A DNA stretch of 64,000 nucleotides from Piromyces finnis finn. Its lineage: Eukaryota > Fungi > Neocallimastigomycota. Where the stretch lies: contig MCFH01000051.1 in assembly GCA_002104945.1 (NCBI GenBank), positions 186,001 to 250,000 on the forward strand, written 5' to 3'. Shown here in pieces: positions 14,580 through 28,759 of this stretch. A program made the position numbers and the translations under genes. Under the pieces are notes generated by a model, which had not been told where the DNA came from, made no database searches, and was given only the letters and a program-made list of their open reading frames with translations. Each line of letters starts with the position of its first letter. Positions within the stretch are counted from its first letter, which is position 1.

Positions 14580-15650
14580 TTATAAATATAGTGAATCCAT
14601 ATCATCAAAGTCATCATCCTTTAAATAATTTGGAATCCAATTGTATTTGTATGGTTCTTTTAATCTATGATTCGAATTTCTATTTCTATGATTCTCTAAT
14701 GGTTTTTTAACTATTGATTTCTTTTGTGTATCATAATGTAATTGATTAGATTTAGTTTTTGTTGTATAAAGTTCCCTATTATCTATGCTATTTTGATTAT
14801 CACACATTGTATTAATATATTTATTCTTGCTATTATTATCATTTCTATTGTCCATATTAATAATACCGTAATTAAATTTATTTTTATCGGGAGTTGAATA
14901 AAATATTATTCTTAAAGATGGTGAGTTTTTCTGGTATACTTCGGTATTACTATCAACAGAATTTAAATGGAATATTTTATCTCTTATATCATCATTACCA
15001 TTCTCATATATACATTGCACATTTCTATCTATTTTCATCTCTGTTTCATTATCAGAAAGTGTTGATTTCCATTCAAAACCACATGACTGCCTTTTCAAGC
15101 AATTATGTTTGTTTATTATTGTTACTTTATTTAGTTTTCCCTTATTATTCTCATTATTATATAGTCTTTTCTCTTTAGATAATTTATTTATAAATTGTGG
15201 TTGTAATTCATATGATTTTGAATCAACTTCTTTATATGAATCATTTGAAATAAAAGAATTGTTTAATACATTGTTATTATTTTTATTATTTTTGTTAATG
15301 CTTCTATTATTTCTTTGATGTTCAATATGACATGATTTGGGATTATTACTTTTATTACAATTGTTGTTATTGTTATTGTTATTGTTATTGTTATTGTTAT
15401 TGTTTATTGTTATTGTTATTTTATTGTTATTTTTTTTTTTTTGTTATTGTTATTGTTATTGTTATTGTTATTGTTATTGTTATTGTTATTGTTATTGTTA
15501 TTGTTATTGTTATTGTTATTGTTATTGTTATTGTTATTGTTATTGTTATTGTTATTGTTATTGTTATTGTTATTGTTATTGTTATTGTTATTGTTATTTT
15601 TTTTTTTTTTTTTTTTTGTTATTGTTATTGTTATTGTTATTGTTATTGTT

Positions 15651-15686
<36 letters not shown>

Positions 15687-18438
15687 ATCGTCGTTGTTAG
15701 TATTTGGTATGGTATTAACTGTGTCATTGTTTTGTGATTTTGTATTTATAGAACAATTAGTAATAGTGGTAAAAGTAGTTATTGAATTTTTTTTCGGTGT
15801 CATTAATGAATCATTCAAAGAAGATGTAGCTGTTTTAGATAACGCAATCTCTTTAGATGATTTATCGTTCTTCGGTTCCTTCCGATAAAACTGTTTTTTA
15901 TCCAAAATTTCTTCATTACCATCATAATAATAATCATTTAAACATAGTTGATCATTATCATTATAGCCAAAACGAAAATCTTTGTTAATTCGATACATAT
16001 CATCTTCTTTATTTTTTTCAATAAACTTATCAAAAGAAAAATTTATTCCTTTATATGGCATAGTAGATGGAAAACTATCATATTCTGATATTTTTTCAGT
16101 TAATAAAGGTTCTTGATATTGGAAATTATCATGGTATTGTGGCTTGACAGGAGTATTATAATTTGACTGATTTTCTTTTTCACATCCATCTTCAATATTA
16201 TCCATTTGGAAAGTAGCAATTAAATCATAGTCATTATCATCACTATTTCTATCATTAAATATTTTATCATCGTTATAAAGAATATTATTGTTTATATTTC
16301 TACCATCCACTAACAAAGAATGATTTATTAAATTTTTTTCTCTATTATGTATTAAATAATTAGAATTATTATTATATGAATTATTGGTATCATTGACTGC
16401 ATTACTTGCATAATTATGATTATGATTATTTATAATATTTTTTTTATTCTTATAAATAATATTTTGTGGATTACTTTCTTTTCTTTTAATATTAATATTA
16501 TCAATCGAATTTTTCTTTTTCTCTTTTATTAATTCACTTGATATTTCATCATTTGATTTCATTTCTCTCTTTTCATGATTTTCCTCAAAATATTCTTTTT
16601 TAAATGCTACTGAAGAACCCATCTTATCATTACTCTTTTGTAATAATACATCATCATCATTATTATGATCTGAATTCTTTATTTCATCATTATTAGATAT
16701 ATTTAACTTTTCTTTATGATTTGAATCTATTTTTTTTTTCATAAAAAATTTTTTATATGAAAAAGAAAAAAATTTATTATATATATCAGATGTTTTGTCT
16801 TTGACTTTATACTCTTTATTTAGAAGACTGGATTTTTTCAAAAATTCTTCTAAACTATCATTTTTATTTTTAGAATTCATTTTTTTTTCAGCATTACCAT
16901 AATTTTCAGAAGAAAGAGGATGATTGCTTGTCGAGGTGGTGGTATATGTTGTTGAAGCTATTACATTTGTAGCGGTTGTATTAATTGTAGATGAGGCAGT
17001 AATGGATGAACGTCTTGATAAAGCATTAGATATTAATGAATTTGAAGTAAAAGTATTCGCTGCTAAATAGCTCCCTAATAGTATTGTATTATTTTTATCA
17101 TTTTCCTTAGAGATTTCTATCATATTATGTTGAATGTCATCAGCTTTTTCTGAACCTCTTCCTAAAATAGTTTCTTCATATTCTTTCTTGTTTAGAAATT
17201 TACTACCTTCATAATTAGTTTCTTTTTGAATTCCACTAGATTCTTCTTTAATTTTAATAGATAAGTTTGAATTTAAAGTAATATTTTTAATAGAATTATT
17301 GTCACTAATTAAATTTATTACAATTACTGGTTCCTCTTTCTCATTTATGTTTTCAGGAACAACATTGTTTATATTATGGGTATCATCATAAAAATAGTTT
17401 GTATTATTAGTAGTAGTGGTAATAGTATCAATATTATTAATACTATTAAACGATTTTGTAAAATCTTCAGAATTTCTTTTATTATTGTAATTATTACAAG
17501 TACAATTGTTTTGTTGTTTTATATTTGATGTATTATACAAATTATTATCATTTTTATCATCTGAGATTGTAGTAGTTAATATACTATTTGTGTTATTTTT
17601 GTTATTTGAACTGTAAGACGTTGTAGTAGTGGTATGAATAACTGGAGGTTGATTGATTATTGTGGAATTAGTCCTATTGTAGAAGGCATAGCAACTATTA
17701 GACCGATTTAAAAATTTATGTACAGTTTTATAGGCTGTATTTAAGGTAGTTTTATTATTATTTGAGTTACAATTGATATTATTAATATTATTGTTATTAT
17801 TATTATTGATGTTGTTATTGTTGTTATTGTTGTTACTATTATTGAAATTATTATTGAGATTATTGTTTTTATAATTATTAATCGCGGTAAATTGATTTAA
17901 ACTAGTGATTTTACTATGAGATTGATGTAAAACAGCTGGGAGTGAATATCTTCTTCTGAATGGATCCCATGCTTGAGGTGGTATATTATGGCGTGGTAAA
18001 TTAAAATTAATAGCACTATATGTATTGGTAGTATTATAATTTAAGGGTATAGATGAGTTATTCACCATTGTAGCTGAAGATATAAATGATGATACAGATG
18101 ATGATAAGGATGAAGATGCAGAAAGGGTGGATGTAGTTGATGACGTTATTGAAGCTGCATCTTTAATTTGACATTCATATGAACAATATAATTTTCCCTA
18201 TTTAAATAAAAGAATATTGTATTAGTAATTTTCTAACACGTGATATTATTTCCTTTTTAATGCATAATTAATTTTTCCAAAATAAAAATATAAATAAACA
18301 ATTTAAAAAAAATAATATAAAATAAAAAAGAATCTACTACAAAATTCTTTATCGACTTTTTTATTAAAAAAAATGATTTTTTCTACTTACATCTGAAGCT
18401 CTTTTCCCACATATACACCAATCGCAGTCAATATTCAT
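14580..18438 (-). CDS. Ecl1-domain (WCxCGK...LYCSxEC) protein with long Asn/Ser-rich tail; frame interrupted inside an (AATAAC)n tract
   Basis: Exon 1 18438-18391 (MNIDCDWCICGKRASD, gtaagt donor). Exon 2 starts at 18197 (GKLYCSYECQIKD) and is in frame with ORF 15594-18068. Coding resumes in the same frame at ~15375 and runs to the stop at 14580. An acceptor-like tttacag directly precedes the ATG, suggesting a 5' UTR intron. Confidence 0.75.
15361..15686. repeat. (TTATTG)n / (TTG)n microsatellite with two embedded poly-T runs (poly-Asn on the minus strand)
   Basis: Directly visible; T-runs at ~15428-15442 and ~15597-15617. Confidence 0.95.
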
Positions 18439-18602
18439 CTGTAAATATAGTAATAAAAGAAATTATGTTTTAATAATAATTAGCATTAATAATTTAAATA
18501 ATACTATGTTTTATTATATATGGAACAATAATTTTTATTATACATATATTTAAATAATTAAAACTTCAATTTAACTCTTTAATATTTTTTATATCTTTTA
18601 CG

Positions 18603-18845
<243 letters not shown>

Positions 18846-21800
18846 CTATTATTGCATTATTTTATGTTATTGTTATGAGAAAATTCAAGACAAAAATCTC
18901 AATCTTTATTATATAATTATTATCTCATTTAATTTATTAAATAGTAATTATTTGTATTCTTTACTCAATTTATCTATAAATGAATTAAAATAATATATAT
19001 ATTACTATTATTTTTTTTTCTGGTTTGTTTTGTTTTTTGTTTTTATCATTTTTTTTTATTCATTTTTGAAATTTATTAAATATACATTTCTTCTTTATGT
19101 GTTTTCATATAAAATTAAGTATTTATTTTTTTTTTTCTTTAATTTGTTATTATTAACAATCTAAAAATCTACATTACTATTTCATAATTTCTATATTTAA
19201 TAATTTAAAAGAATGTATTAATAATATGTGTACATTTAAATTATCAAATTACCATTTATAAATTAAATTACAATATTACTGAAAATTTACAAATTAAGAA
19301 GAAAAAAAAATATTCCATTTATTTAATAAATTTATCTATAATATAAAATATCCTTTAAATATAGAATACCTTTGATAGCAATAAAATAAAAATTTTGTTA
19401 AAATTTATCGAATATTGTTTCTTTCTTAAATTTTATAATTATATTAATTTTATTCAGTTTCTCTTGCACAAATTGAAAAAAATAAAAAATGTAAATCTTC
19501 ATTGAAATTATAAATTATTTTGAAAAAGAAACAAAATAACAATTTTCATTATTATTAGTCCTCCATTGTTGAAAATATTATTTAATTGTTAAATAATAAT
19601 AATTGTTTTATTTGCTTTAAAATGCAAGTGGATAATAATAAAAATATTTAAATATTTGAGTTTGAAATTTTATAAAATGATTTTTAATTGAATATTTATA
19701 TAATAGTAATTGGTTTGAAGGCAGCTTTATATTTACTTTATATTTATTGTTATCCAAATAAATATAATTTAAGTAAAAAATAGTAAATTTTAACAATTAA
19801 ATTAAATTAACTACTTTTATATATATATATATAAATATTTATCAAAATATAGAATTTAATATTATCATATTATAATAATAATATGTATTTATTATTAATT
19901 ATTGGTATATTTATAAATGAAGGAAAAAATGTAGTAGTATATAAAAAGTTTTAAATATATATATATAGATTACAAGATATTATTAAAATTTTCTATAACA
20001 AATGTTACTATTGTAAAGATAAAAAATGAAAATTAAGAAAAGAAAAAAGTTATAATAACAAAACAGAAAAATAAAACTATTATACTATTATAGATTTTTT
20101 TTTTTTTTTTTAATTCTTGATAATACTTTTTATTAAAATTAAAATTAATATATTTAATAATAATAGTTAAATTATAAAAATTAAAATTTTTATTAAAAAA
20201 AAATAAAATTAAAATAAAAAATATAAATATGAAAAAAAAGATTATATCTAATAAATAATAGTTTTTTTTTAATTAATTTCAATATAATAAATAATGTATT
20301 TAAAATACATTATTTATATTATTTATTTAATATTAATAAAATAATTAAATATATTTATTTTGATAGGATTGTTCTTTCTTTTGAAAAAAAAAAAAAGAAA
20401 TAATAATTAATAATAAACTTTCACTTCTTATTATTATTCATAAAAACAAATATTTAAAATAATCTTAATTTTACCTTTAATATCATATAAACAAGTACTT
20501 AGATAATATACAGCAAATAGATAATACTTTATAGTAAATAAAATATTTTCTAAAGAACCTTTTATAAATTCTGTATTTTGTAGAGATTTTAATCGATTAT
20601 TTTTGAAAAAATCCTATTAATTAAATAATTTGAAATGAAGCCGCTATCCTTAATTAATATTTATTTATTTTTGATATTCTATCATTATTAATTGAACCAT
20701 TCATATTAATTTTACAGTTAAAAAGAAATTTTACATATTAAATAGAATTATTTGTATTATTTATTTTTGTTTTTGTTTTGTTTTTGTTTTTCTATTTTTT
20801 TTTTTTTTAATTAATTATTTTAAATGAAACAAAATTTTAATCATACATTACTTTTTATAGTATAATTAAAATTTAATTTTTTGTTATTATCAAAAACAAA
20901 TAAATGATAGAATAAAATATTAAACCTTTAATATTGTTATTTCTTTTAAATTAAAAAATATATATCATAGCATATAGAGTATATGTTCTATCAAACTATT
21001 GATATTTCTATGAAAAAAAAAAAAAAAAGTATTTAATATTTTTTATATTATATAAAAAATAAATTCTATATATTAGCATGCATACATAAATATAAAATAA
21101 AAAAAAATAAAGATTTATAAAATACTTTTAGTGAATAAATTATAAATTTAAAAATCTTCAATAAATTACTTCTCAAAAGTATAATTAATATAAAGGTAAA
21201 TTTTTAATGGTAATAAATAATAATTTCATATATTTTTTTATACAATTCCCATTAATTTAATTTAGTATATACTTAACATAGATTAGAAAAGTTATGAAAA
21301 ATATAAAATCTTAATAAGAAATAAAATATTTATTAGTAATAATAAAATTTTACCAATTTTATTTTTATTTATTAATTTTGATATTGTTTTTTATTATTTT
21401 TCTTTAGTACGATGTAAAAAAAAAAAAAAAGTATTATAAATTATTTTTGAAATACTATTTATTTATTAGTATATTTATGATTCAATAATATTAATATTAT
21501 AATTATATGCTACTTCAATTATTTTTTTTTAAATTAGAAAAACAAACTATTATTTCAATAAAAGATTTTAAATTTTAAATTTTTATGTTAATGATTTATA
21601 ATATATCTATTATTTAATTCAAAGAAAGAAAGAAAGAAAAAAAAAAAAAAAGGATAATAAAAGCTATTTTTTAAATTATAAATGTATGTTACAGAATATT
21701 ATTATAATAAGAATTATAATTTAATATAACTTCATTTATTAAGATGTGGTGGTGACATTTAGTTATAATGTGTAGCCCAATAGTATTTCTATCTTTTTTA

Positions 21801-22403
21801 TTTTTAAAAAAATAAAGATTAGGTTAAATACATTTTTTTAAAATTCATATATAATCATTAGTATAAAAGTAATAGATTAAGTTTTAATAATTTAATATAA
21901 CATTTGATAGTAAATATTATATTAAATGTATATCGTTATTTTAATATGATTATTTAAAAAATTAAAAGATGTAATGCCATTTTTAATTATAAATAATTGT
22001 TTTATTATCAGATATAATTATAATTATATCTAACAAATAGTAAAAAAAAATTAAGATGTAAAAGAATTGTTCTTTATATATATAAAAATAATATATATGG
22101 TATAAGACTATGAATCTTTTATTTCTTAAAAAAAAATTTTTTTTTATTTTTTTGTTGTTTTTTAATAAAATTGATAATATTACATTTTTTAATATTATTT
22201 ATATTATTTTTTTAACAGTTTATTATTAAATACATATAGTTGTGTATATGAGAGAATTCCTTAATGTATTGTAAATATGATATTTCAAATTTAATAGTAT
22301 TATACGAAATTAAGTTTTTATATTATTTTATCATTAAATTTTTATTATATAAATATTTTTGTAATCTAATTCTTTTATTTTTATTTTATTTTATTTTGCC
22401 AAT

Positions 22404-23724
22404 TTAACTGTTTCTTAATTTAGCAAGACGTTCGGTTAATAAATCTTGTTCCTTATCACCAGTAACTGAATTGATTGTAAAAATAAAATATTTATAAATA
22501 ATTATTAAAAAAATATTATATAATATTAATTATTGTTTTTGAGCATAAATTATATATATGATATAAATATATATTCTTAATTTATTAAATGCCATATAAA
22601 ATAATACTTACGAATATGATTAGAAGCACCTGGTAATTCCATGTTCAATTCTAAACCATGTTCATCAGCGACTTGTTGCATTAATGAATCAACTTCTTCT
22701 TGTGGAGTAGTTAAGGTAGTAGTTTGACCCATAGATCCTTCCATAACTTGGGTTTGAACATCGAGATCTTCGAATTGGGATTCAAATTTATCCATAATAG
22801 CTGATATCTATTTTTTTTTTATTATTTTTATTTTGATAATTTAATAATGATATTAATTGGTCAAAATAATTAACAATTATAAATAAAAATAGCGATTTTT
22901 TATTAATATTAAATTATCGTAATTCTTTTTAAGGGAAATTATAATTGAAATAAAAACATATGTTTAAATAATTAATTAATAATAATAATAATAAAAAGTA
23001 CAGTACTTGTTCAAGGTTCATACTCTTCATAGCCTTATCCATACCCTTAACTAATGTACCCATACTTTTTGAGACACTTCTCATAGTAACTGCTGTTTGA
23101 ACTCTACTAGCTACAGCATCAATACGACTAGATAAACGTAAGAAGTTTAAAGCTTCATTCTTTTTTCTAATAGCATTTGAAGCATAAATCTTAGCACCTT
23201 CAGTATTACCTTGTTGAATAGCCTTTTTTATATAATAAAATGTATTGATTTATATAAATAATTTATTTCAGAGTAATTAGCAAATGCTTTTTTTTATATT
23301 AATATTTAGTATAATTTTTCTATTTCCTTTATTATTTGTTTTTATCATTTCTTAATATACTTTTTTTTTTTTTTTATCAAAAGTACCTTCTTTAATTTAT
23401 TTTTTTCAGCTGTTTCATCTTTTTGACATTTCTTAGCATTACGTTGAAGTTGCTTTGCAGTGAACTAGAAAATTTTAATAATTATTTAAAAAATATTTAA
23501 AATTAAAATGTATTTTAATCATTAATTACTGTATATTAATTATGAAAATAACTACCTTTAATTGGAATAAAGCATCTTTTTAAATAGATAAATTAATAAC
23601 AAAACAAAATTAAAGATAAAATGTTTTATATATCCATAAAAGAAATATAGATATAATCGTGTATAAAATCTTTTATATTTTTAATTATATAAAAAAGGAT
23701 ACTTTCCATATTTTTGGAACTCAT
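22404..23724 (-). CDS. DID2: ESCRT-III associated protein Did2/Vps46 (CHMP1 family), 6 exons
   Basis: Exons 23724-23703, 23575-23556, 23464-23387, 23222-23007, 22807-22612, 22465-22404 give [31 protein letters not shown]...[32 protein letters not shown]...[15 protein letters not shown]...[11 protein letters not shown], a typical CHMP1 sequence with C-terminal MIM1 helix. Confidence 0.97.
23576..23702 (-). other. Candidate U12-type (minor spliceosome) GT-AG intron, Did2 intron 1
   Basis: Donor reads GTATCCTTTTTT on the minus strand (U12 consensus RTATCCTTT). Degenerate branch candidate TTATCTTTAAT ~35 nt upstream of the AG. Confidence 0.6.
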
Positions 23725-23797
23725 TTTGTAATTTGTTTATTATATAAAAGAATTTAAAAAAACTATTCAAATACAATATTAGAAATTAGCATTACTT

Positions 23798-23838
<41 letters not shown>

Positions 23839-24627
23839 TGCATTTTAAAACATAATATTTATAAATGTTTATTTCGTTGCTATTATAAAAAGCATCCATA
23901 AACATTAATTTCTTGTTATTTTTTGTGGTGATTTCGTTAGAAATTTGATATATATGCTTTATTAATAAATACTGTTTATAATTTTTTATGATGGTTTCAG
24001 AAACTTTTAAATTTCATTATTAGCTTTTATTATTGATTAAAATTCGATGTTTTCCGAAAATATTTTTTATATAATATTTTTAATTTTGTTATTCTTTTTT
24101 TTTTTTTTTTTTTTCCAATTTTTTTTTTCCAGATAGTTAAATGCTATTTGTTAAACTTTTGATTTTATAATGGATTTATTGTTTGTCTATCCTCCTATTA
24201 AAATAAAGATAATATATATTTACAAATATTAATTATAACAAAGTTATACCTTTTTATTTAAGTTTTCAATAGTTTTTTTTTTATTGTTTCTATTATTTTA
24301 ATTATAAGTTTATTAAAACTCTTTTTTAAATTATTGTTTTTTTTATTTTTTTTTTTTTTTAGAAAAGAAAATTTATATATATTTATTTTATAGACCTAAA
24401 TAAAAATTAATTAATTTATTTATTATATGTATAGTTTATATTAATTTATTTCATTTCACTAATTAATAACAGAAAAATCTAAAAATATAAATAAATTATA
24501 ATGTTGATATGACTATAAAAACTAATGAAATATAAAATAATAAAATAATAATAGTAAAAAAAAAAAAAATATAAAATACACAAGTTAAAATAATTAATGA
24601 TACCTAAACTATATATTTTAAATAATA

Positions 24628-24673
<46 letters not shown>

Positions 24674-25125
24674 CTATCTGTCAAAATATATTATATACTG
24701 ATTTATTAGTAATTTTTATTTAAAAAACATTTTATTGACTTTACGATAGATTATGATTACAAAAATAATATTATTTTATTAATAGATCATTGTAATAATA
24801 ATATATTGATATATTATATTGAAAATAAAACATAGATTAAAAAACATAGATTACATATATGTTAATTATCGTTTTTTTTTTATTCTCAACCATTATATTT
24901 CTAATAATAATTATGGAGTTGATTTTTTTTTTAATTTTTTTTTATTATAGCTTTGTATGTATATACAGTAATTGTAATATTAAAAAGAAAATAAAATAAT
25001 TTATATATATATATAAAGTACCATATATGTACTATTATTGATAATTTTTTAAAAAAGCAAAATAGGAGAAAAAAAATTAAAACTTAAATAAATTAGTATT
25101 AAACGTTATTCTATGGTTTTATTGA

Positions 25126-26512
25126 TTAATACTTGGCCTTTTTATCTAAAAAAAAAAAATAATAATTTTTGATAAAATATAATATTAATTAGCATTGAAA
25201 ATAGTGAAAAATTTTATTTGATAATTCTTTTACTTAAAAATGAATATAATAAACTTACTTTCAACAGATTCATGGTTTTCTTCATCCTCATGTGCTCTTT
25301 TTTTATTTGGAGAATCTTTATCATCGTTTTCGCTTTTTCCCATTGGTGTAAATGAAACTGGAAGACCAGGTGGTGGTAAGGTACCAGGAACAGATGTAAC
25401 CCCTGGGGCAACTGGAATTCCTGGTGCACCAGTTGGTATACCACCTAATGGTGGAGGTGGAAGATTTGGTGGGAAACCTGGTTTATTTAATTGTGATTGC
25501 ATACCAGGAATTGAAGCTGGCATACCTGTAGTTGGATCTATTGGTTGTGAAGGCATACCTGGTATTGGAAGTCCTGGAGCTCCTGGAGCTCCTGGAGCAC
25601 CAATCATACCAGGTGGTTTACCAAATGGTGGTATTGGGAATGGTGGTTGATTTGGATTAGCTGGTGTTGCTGGATTTGAAGCAGATGGTGGGCCTAAAGG
25701 ATTTGGTTGTTGAGATTGTTTTTGATTTTTATTTGTTCCAGGTGTAGATGGGAACTTTGGTGGTAAAACCATTCCTGGTTTAGCAAAAGGCATTAATAAT
25801 GGTGGGAAATTATAATCTATATTATTATTTTTAAAATGAAATATATTAATGTCTAATAAATAATTATGGTTTTGATATTAATATCTTTAATAAATTTTTA
25901 TTTAAAATTACCATTTTTATTTCTTGTAATTTGATCGATAACTTCTTGAATCTTATCTTTTCCTAATGCTATAGTTAAAATTAATTATTATTATTATTTT
26001 TTTTTTAAAAAAAGAAACGTAATTTTTTGATTTCTCATTTTTTAAAAATAAAATTATTTATTAATACATACCATTATAATAATTTTGAACTTGTGTTTTA
26101 TGTTTCCAACCAGCATTATGTGATTTACGTACTGAGGATGAATCATGTGTTAAAAACACATCACAATAATCTATTAAATTTAATTAAAATCATAATAATT
26201 AAATACATGAAATTAAAATTCATTAATTGATTTGATTATCTATAATATGAATAAATAGATAGAATAAAGGTAAATTATGCGAGATTGATGATTTTTAGAA
26301 TTTTAATTGATTCGTTGTATTAAATGAAAATTTTTAATTTCTATTATTTAAATATACTATATATATGTATTTATTGAGATAATATTTATATTTAAAATTT
26401 AAAATAAATTTAAAATTCAATATTTAATTTATTGCAATATTAGTTCTTGGTAAAAGATTTCATTTTTAAAATCTTTATATTTCATTTAACAATTAATTTC
26501 CTAGATTTCTTT

Positions 26513-26544
<32 letters not shown>

Positions 26545-27037
26545 GATACATTTATTAATTGTTTTGATTTATTTCTCTCTCTTTTTTTTTTTTAAATATT
26601 TCTTAACATCGCATCTAGTAAAAACCTTTTTTTTTTTTTTTTTCATAAAATATTATTTAATAATTGTATAATGAAATATTGTTTTATTATATGTTTTCTT
26701 TGACATTTTAATTGAGATTCCTATTATGATTGCTTATATATATTTCTTTTTGCTATATGAATTTGAATTTAGTTTTTATTTTTGTAAAATCAGTACTTTA
26801 ATAAAATAATTTAAGAATTGATTTGATTATATTATATATTGATTATATTTAAATTGAAATGTTTATTCCACCATATAATGCCAGAATTTCATCAAATACG
26901 ATATTTTTTTAATAAGTATCTTCTTGAGTTTTTTGCAAAATCAACATATCATCTATCCTCAGCTAATACATTAACATCCTTTTTATTAATTAATTTCATT
27001 ATTTGTTACGACATTTACCACAATAATATTTTGGCAT
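25126..27037 (-). CDS. SNRPC: U1 snRNP protein C (U1-C/SNRPC/Yhc1), 5 exons, Pro/Gly-rich C-terminus
   Basis: Exon 1 27037-27019 (MPKYYC) plus exon 2 from 26170 ([33 protein letters not shown]) form the U1-C zinc finger. Further exons at ~25968-25914, ~25817-25260 (Pro-rich) and ~25145-25126. Confidence 0.95.
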
Positions 27038-28186
27038 TATCCAAAACTTGCAAATTTTTATAATAAAGGTAAATATGAAAAAAATATTCTTTTTGTATAA
27101 TTAACATATATTAAATTTTTGTTTTTTATTACGTTTGTATACATAACTTTTTTGTTTTTGCAAAAAAAAATTTTTTTTTCAATATTACACATATAGTATA
27201 TTTTTTTACATATTAAAATTTAATTATTACAAAAGTATTACGACGCTATCTGATTTTTATGTTAAGGAATTCTTTCATAAATGATTTTTCTTATTTAATG
27301 ACGTCTTTTAAACCTTTTTTTTTTTTTTTTTAAAACATTATTATTTTTCATTAAATTTGTAAAATATCAAATTTCAACAATGAAGTGAAAAAGTTAATTT
27401 TATGTATAAGAAAAATATAATAACTTATTTTTCATATCAGTTATATATATCATATATCATTAAAAAAGATATACTCTTATAATAAATTCCTCAATAGCTA
27501 TAGTAACTCTACTTATCTCTTTCAAACGGTTTTGTTTCAAAGAGAAAAGGAATTGAAGGATAATTTTTATTAAATAAATAATAATTTTTTTTTTTTTTTG
27601 AAAAATCTTAAAAATTAATATATTTTTAATTTAATGCCATTATCAAAATTTAGGTTGCACATAATTTAATGTATTAGGTTTATAACAAATATTACTTTAG
27701 TGATTTTTCAAAAATATATGCACATATATTGATAGTATTTAAAAAACTTTAAAGATACAATATTTGAATTGTTAAACTTTTTTTTTTTTTAAATATACCA
27801 AATATAGCCAAAAAGAAAGAAAGAAAAATAATAATAAATGAAATATTAATAAAGGCTTATATATTTATAACAAGATTCTTTAATATTAATTTTTATTTTA
27901 TTTTATTTTTTATAAATTATAATTATTATCTTTATTTTTTTTTTATTTTCTTTTTTCTTTCACAAACTTTATATAGATTTTATTTTTCTACTTTTCATTT
28001 ATTTATAATTATTGATTTTTTTTCATAATATATATATATATATTATATTTTATTAATTGTTAATATGAATTCTAAGATATGTTGTTATTTGTAAATGCAA
28101 TAATTAATACATTTAAATTATTGAATATTTTCTTGAGTTTTTTATTAATAGATAAAAAATATAGATTATGAATAACTTATTTCTAT

Positions 28187-28727
28187 TTATACACTAAATG
28201 AACCTCCACAACCACAAGATTCAGTTGCATTTGGATTATCTATAATTTCAAAAGTTGAACCCATTAAGTCATCTTTGAAATTTAATGTTGCACCATCAAT
28301 ATATGGTAAAGACATTGTATCAATTACAACCTTGGCCCCATTTTTTTCAAAAATACTGTTTATATTATTTTACAATTTTATATTAATATCAATAAATTAT
28401 ATATATATTTTTTATTATTAATTACATCTATTAACACTTACATATCATCATCTGGGTCAATATTTTGAGTTAAATCAAGTAAGTATTGAAAACCATGGCA
28501 ACCACCAGCTTCAACAACTATTCTTAAATATTGAGTTGAGTTGTCATTAATTTCATTTAAACGCTATATATTTTTTAATTATACAGAATATCAATCATTG
28601 TTAATTACACTTTTTTTTAAAATGCCTTTATCATATAATATTGTTGAAACTAAATATTATTAAACTTACTTCAACAGCTGAATCTGAAATCTTAATTTTC
28701 ATATCAGTAATGTTTTTAATTTCATCA

Positions 28728-28759
<32 letters not shown>

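Noticed and set aside
15332-15888. Poly-Leu, poly-CY and poly-IV ORFs
   Set aside because: Alternative readings of the (TTATTG)n microsatellite.
18994-22400. 3.4-kb gene-free stretch
   Set aside because: Extremely AT-rich with homopolymers; no ORF, tRNA boxes, terminal repeats or GC island seen.
25214-25650. Overlapping ORFs 25214-25444 (-) and 25240-25650 (+)
   Set aside because: Off-frame and antisense readings of the GC-richer Pro-rich U1-C exon.
27240-27306. GACG...CGTC-bounded segment with CTGA and ATGA motifs, possible C/D snoRNA
   Set aside because: Boxes are in the wrong order on the plus strand, and there is no RTGATGA near a 5' stem on either strand.
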